Source: Squalus acanthias (Eukaryota). Taken from it: DNA of 64,000 nucleotides. The stretch is taken from positions 10,230,001 to 10,294,000 of the forward strand of contig CM059452.1 in assembly GCA_030390025.1 (NCBI GenBank), given 5' to 3'. Below, in pieces: positions 62,256 to 64,000 of this stretch. Below the pieces are notes generated by a model. It saw only the letters and a program-made list of their open reading frames with translations. It made no database searches and was not told the DNA's origin. Position numbers and translations under genes: made by a program. Numbering within the stretch: the first letter of the stretch is position 1; every line of letters starts with the position of its first letter.

Positions 62256-63139
62256 GGTGTCTAGTTTAGATGGGAGTCTCCGGCTCTGATACCAGAACAA
62301 CATCAACTATTGGTCACTGGCCCCATCTCACAGACTGACGCTGTTAAAGGGCGAACATTGGCTTTAATCCTCGTGCAGTTCTGAGGGGAACAATTTCACT
62401 CCGTTCTCTGATCCCCGCTCTGACGTCATGAATTGGCGAACAACGTAGCTGTGAGCTGATTGGTTGAATTGGAAAACAAAGGAGCTGCAAACTGATTGGA
62501 TAAATTGGAGAACAAAGGACCGAGAGCTGATTGAATGTGATCTGCTGACTCTGTCGCGAACGGACCAATCGGCAGATAGACCGGATATTACTCAACATCT
62601 TCCCAATTCTTGACAAGACAATTTCAGCTTCAAACCGTTCTGTTCAAATCCACCACCAACTCTCCGCAAATATGTTGGGTGTTACTTTTTATTTATTCGT
62701 CACAGCTGCAGCTCTCTTAACTGATAAGTTCACAAGTTACACAGCACTGTGTTTCACATCTGTATCATACATTATATTTAATCGGCCAGTTCCCTGAACA
62801 CATGAATATCAATAGATTGATCCGAAGTGAAGAAAACATCTGGATCCACCTTGACTCAACACTGAACACTGTTTGGGGAAACTCGACAAACTCCCTCAGT
62901 GAATAAAAGCGGATGAGTTAAGGTGAGATTACAGGCGAATGGCAGACAGACAAGCCCGTCGGCGTCAATGACGGACATTGACAGACACACGAGTCTTAAA
63001 CCAACAGACAGTTTGAAGCTTTCCCTTCACATCACAAGAGGTGAAGGTGAGGAACTGATCCCGTTGGAAGGTGCTGAAGGTTCATTAAAGGGTGTTGATT
63101 CAGTCGATCCCAGCGCCATCCCGTGAGCAGCCCCTGAGC

Positions 63140-63361
63140 TGTGGGGATATATATTTATGTTCAACTGCCCTGATTTGCTTCACAGGTAAGTGTTGGGGGT
63201 GACGGGCTGATTCTGGGCAGTAAACACAGTGAAGTGATATTGTTTAATTTAATATCGCTCTGGGCTCTTGTGGGACATGGGCGAGGAGACTCCGGTTCAC
63301 AGACACCGGCTGCAACCACAGTAAATGAAGGAGACGATGTTCAGTTGTATTGTAATTATAC
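63140..63361 (+). pseudogene. TCR V (probable pseudogene) running into a gap
   Basis: Leader-like ..ALICFT G|GTAAGT without ATG; GDSGSQTPAATTVNEGDDVQLYCNY; no AG acceptor. Confidence 0.55.
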
Positions 63362-63583
63362 NNNNNNNNNNNNNNNNNNNNNNNNNNNNNNNNNNNNNNN
63401 NNNNNNNNNNNNNNNNNNNNNNNNNNNNNNNNNNNNNNNNNNNNNNNNNNNNNNNNNNNNNNNNNNNNNNNNNNNNNNNNNNNNNNNNNNNNNNNNNNNN
63501 NNNNNNNNNNNNNNNNNNNNNNNNNNNNNNNNNNNNNNNNNNNNNNNNNNNNNNNNNNNNNNNNNNNNNNNNNNNNNNNNNNN
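63362..63583. other. Assembly gap
   Basis: Run of N. Confidence 1.
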
Positions 63584-64000
63584 GTGAAAGTCTTTCCTAG
63601 AGGTAACCAGGCTGATGACTGAAAGACAGATGGACAGCGGCCTGTCTGGGCCTCGGTCGCTTGTTCTCCCTGAGCAGGGGGACCAGTTTGTATCAGGGTT
63701 ACCACAGTGCGGAGACACAGAGAAAGGAATCACTGGACACCGGGAAATGCAGGAAGAAAAATATACTGACTGTCTGGAGCCTGTGCACACAGGTCACGAG
63801 CATCTGGCACCAGTAGAACTGAAAGGAAATGAAAGTCAGTTGTTGTGAATGTGGGTTGTGAGTTGGGTTTTTTTCAGATCAGGAAGGGTTAAATCTGCGA
63901 GCGCAAGCTGTCAATTTCCGAGCTCGAATTCATCTGATTAATGTTTCTGTCGCTGTAAGTGTTGATGTAAAAGGCTCTACATTCGCCATCAGCATCACCG

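Overview
This is eukaryotic (vertebrate) DNA from a cartilaginous-fish antigen-receptor locus, most likely the V region of a shark TCR alpha/delta locus. The window opens with an intact NAR-TCR cassette (509-2501, + strand): leader, IgNAR-like V (22-nt-spacer RSS), one D (12/12 RSS), J (23-RSS) and a leaderless supporting V-delta, followed by a 60-bp tandem array of extra RSS copies. About ten further TCR alpha/delta-type V genes and pseudogenes with 23-RSS lie in mixed orientation at about 11.5-13.2 kb and 49.6-63.4 kb. Nested among them (23.6-45.4 kb, +) is a complete, apparently intact IgM heavy-chain gene: leader, an already-joined in-frame VDJ exon with no RSS, CH1-CH4, secretory tail, TM1 and TM2. 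No assembly gap separates this gene from the TCR V genes on its right. This germline-joined IgM inside a TCR V array is the most striking feature. Other notable items are RSS-adjacent CTCF-like motifs, a Penelope-type palindrome carrying a minimal hammerhead ribozyme, inverted V duplications, a chimeric V pseudogene, and a promoter-like module whose inverted copies bracket the IgM segment. The remainder is CR1-like, other Jockey-group and RTE LINEs, tRNA-derived SINEs, MITEs, minisatellites and three N gaps. All calls were read by eye; no database searches were run.
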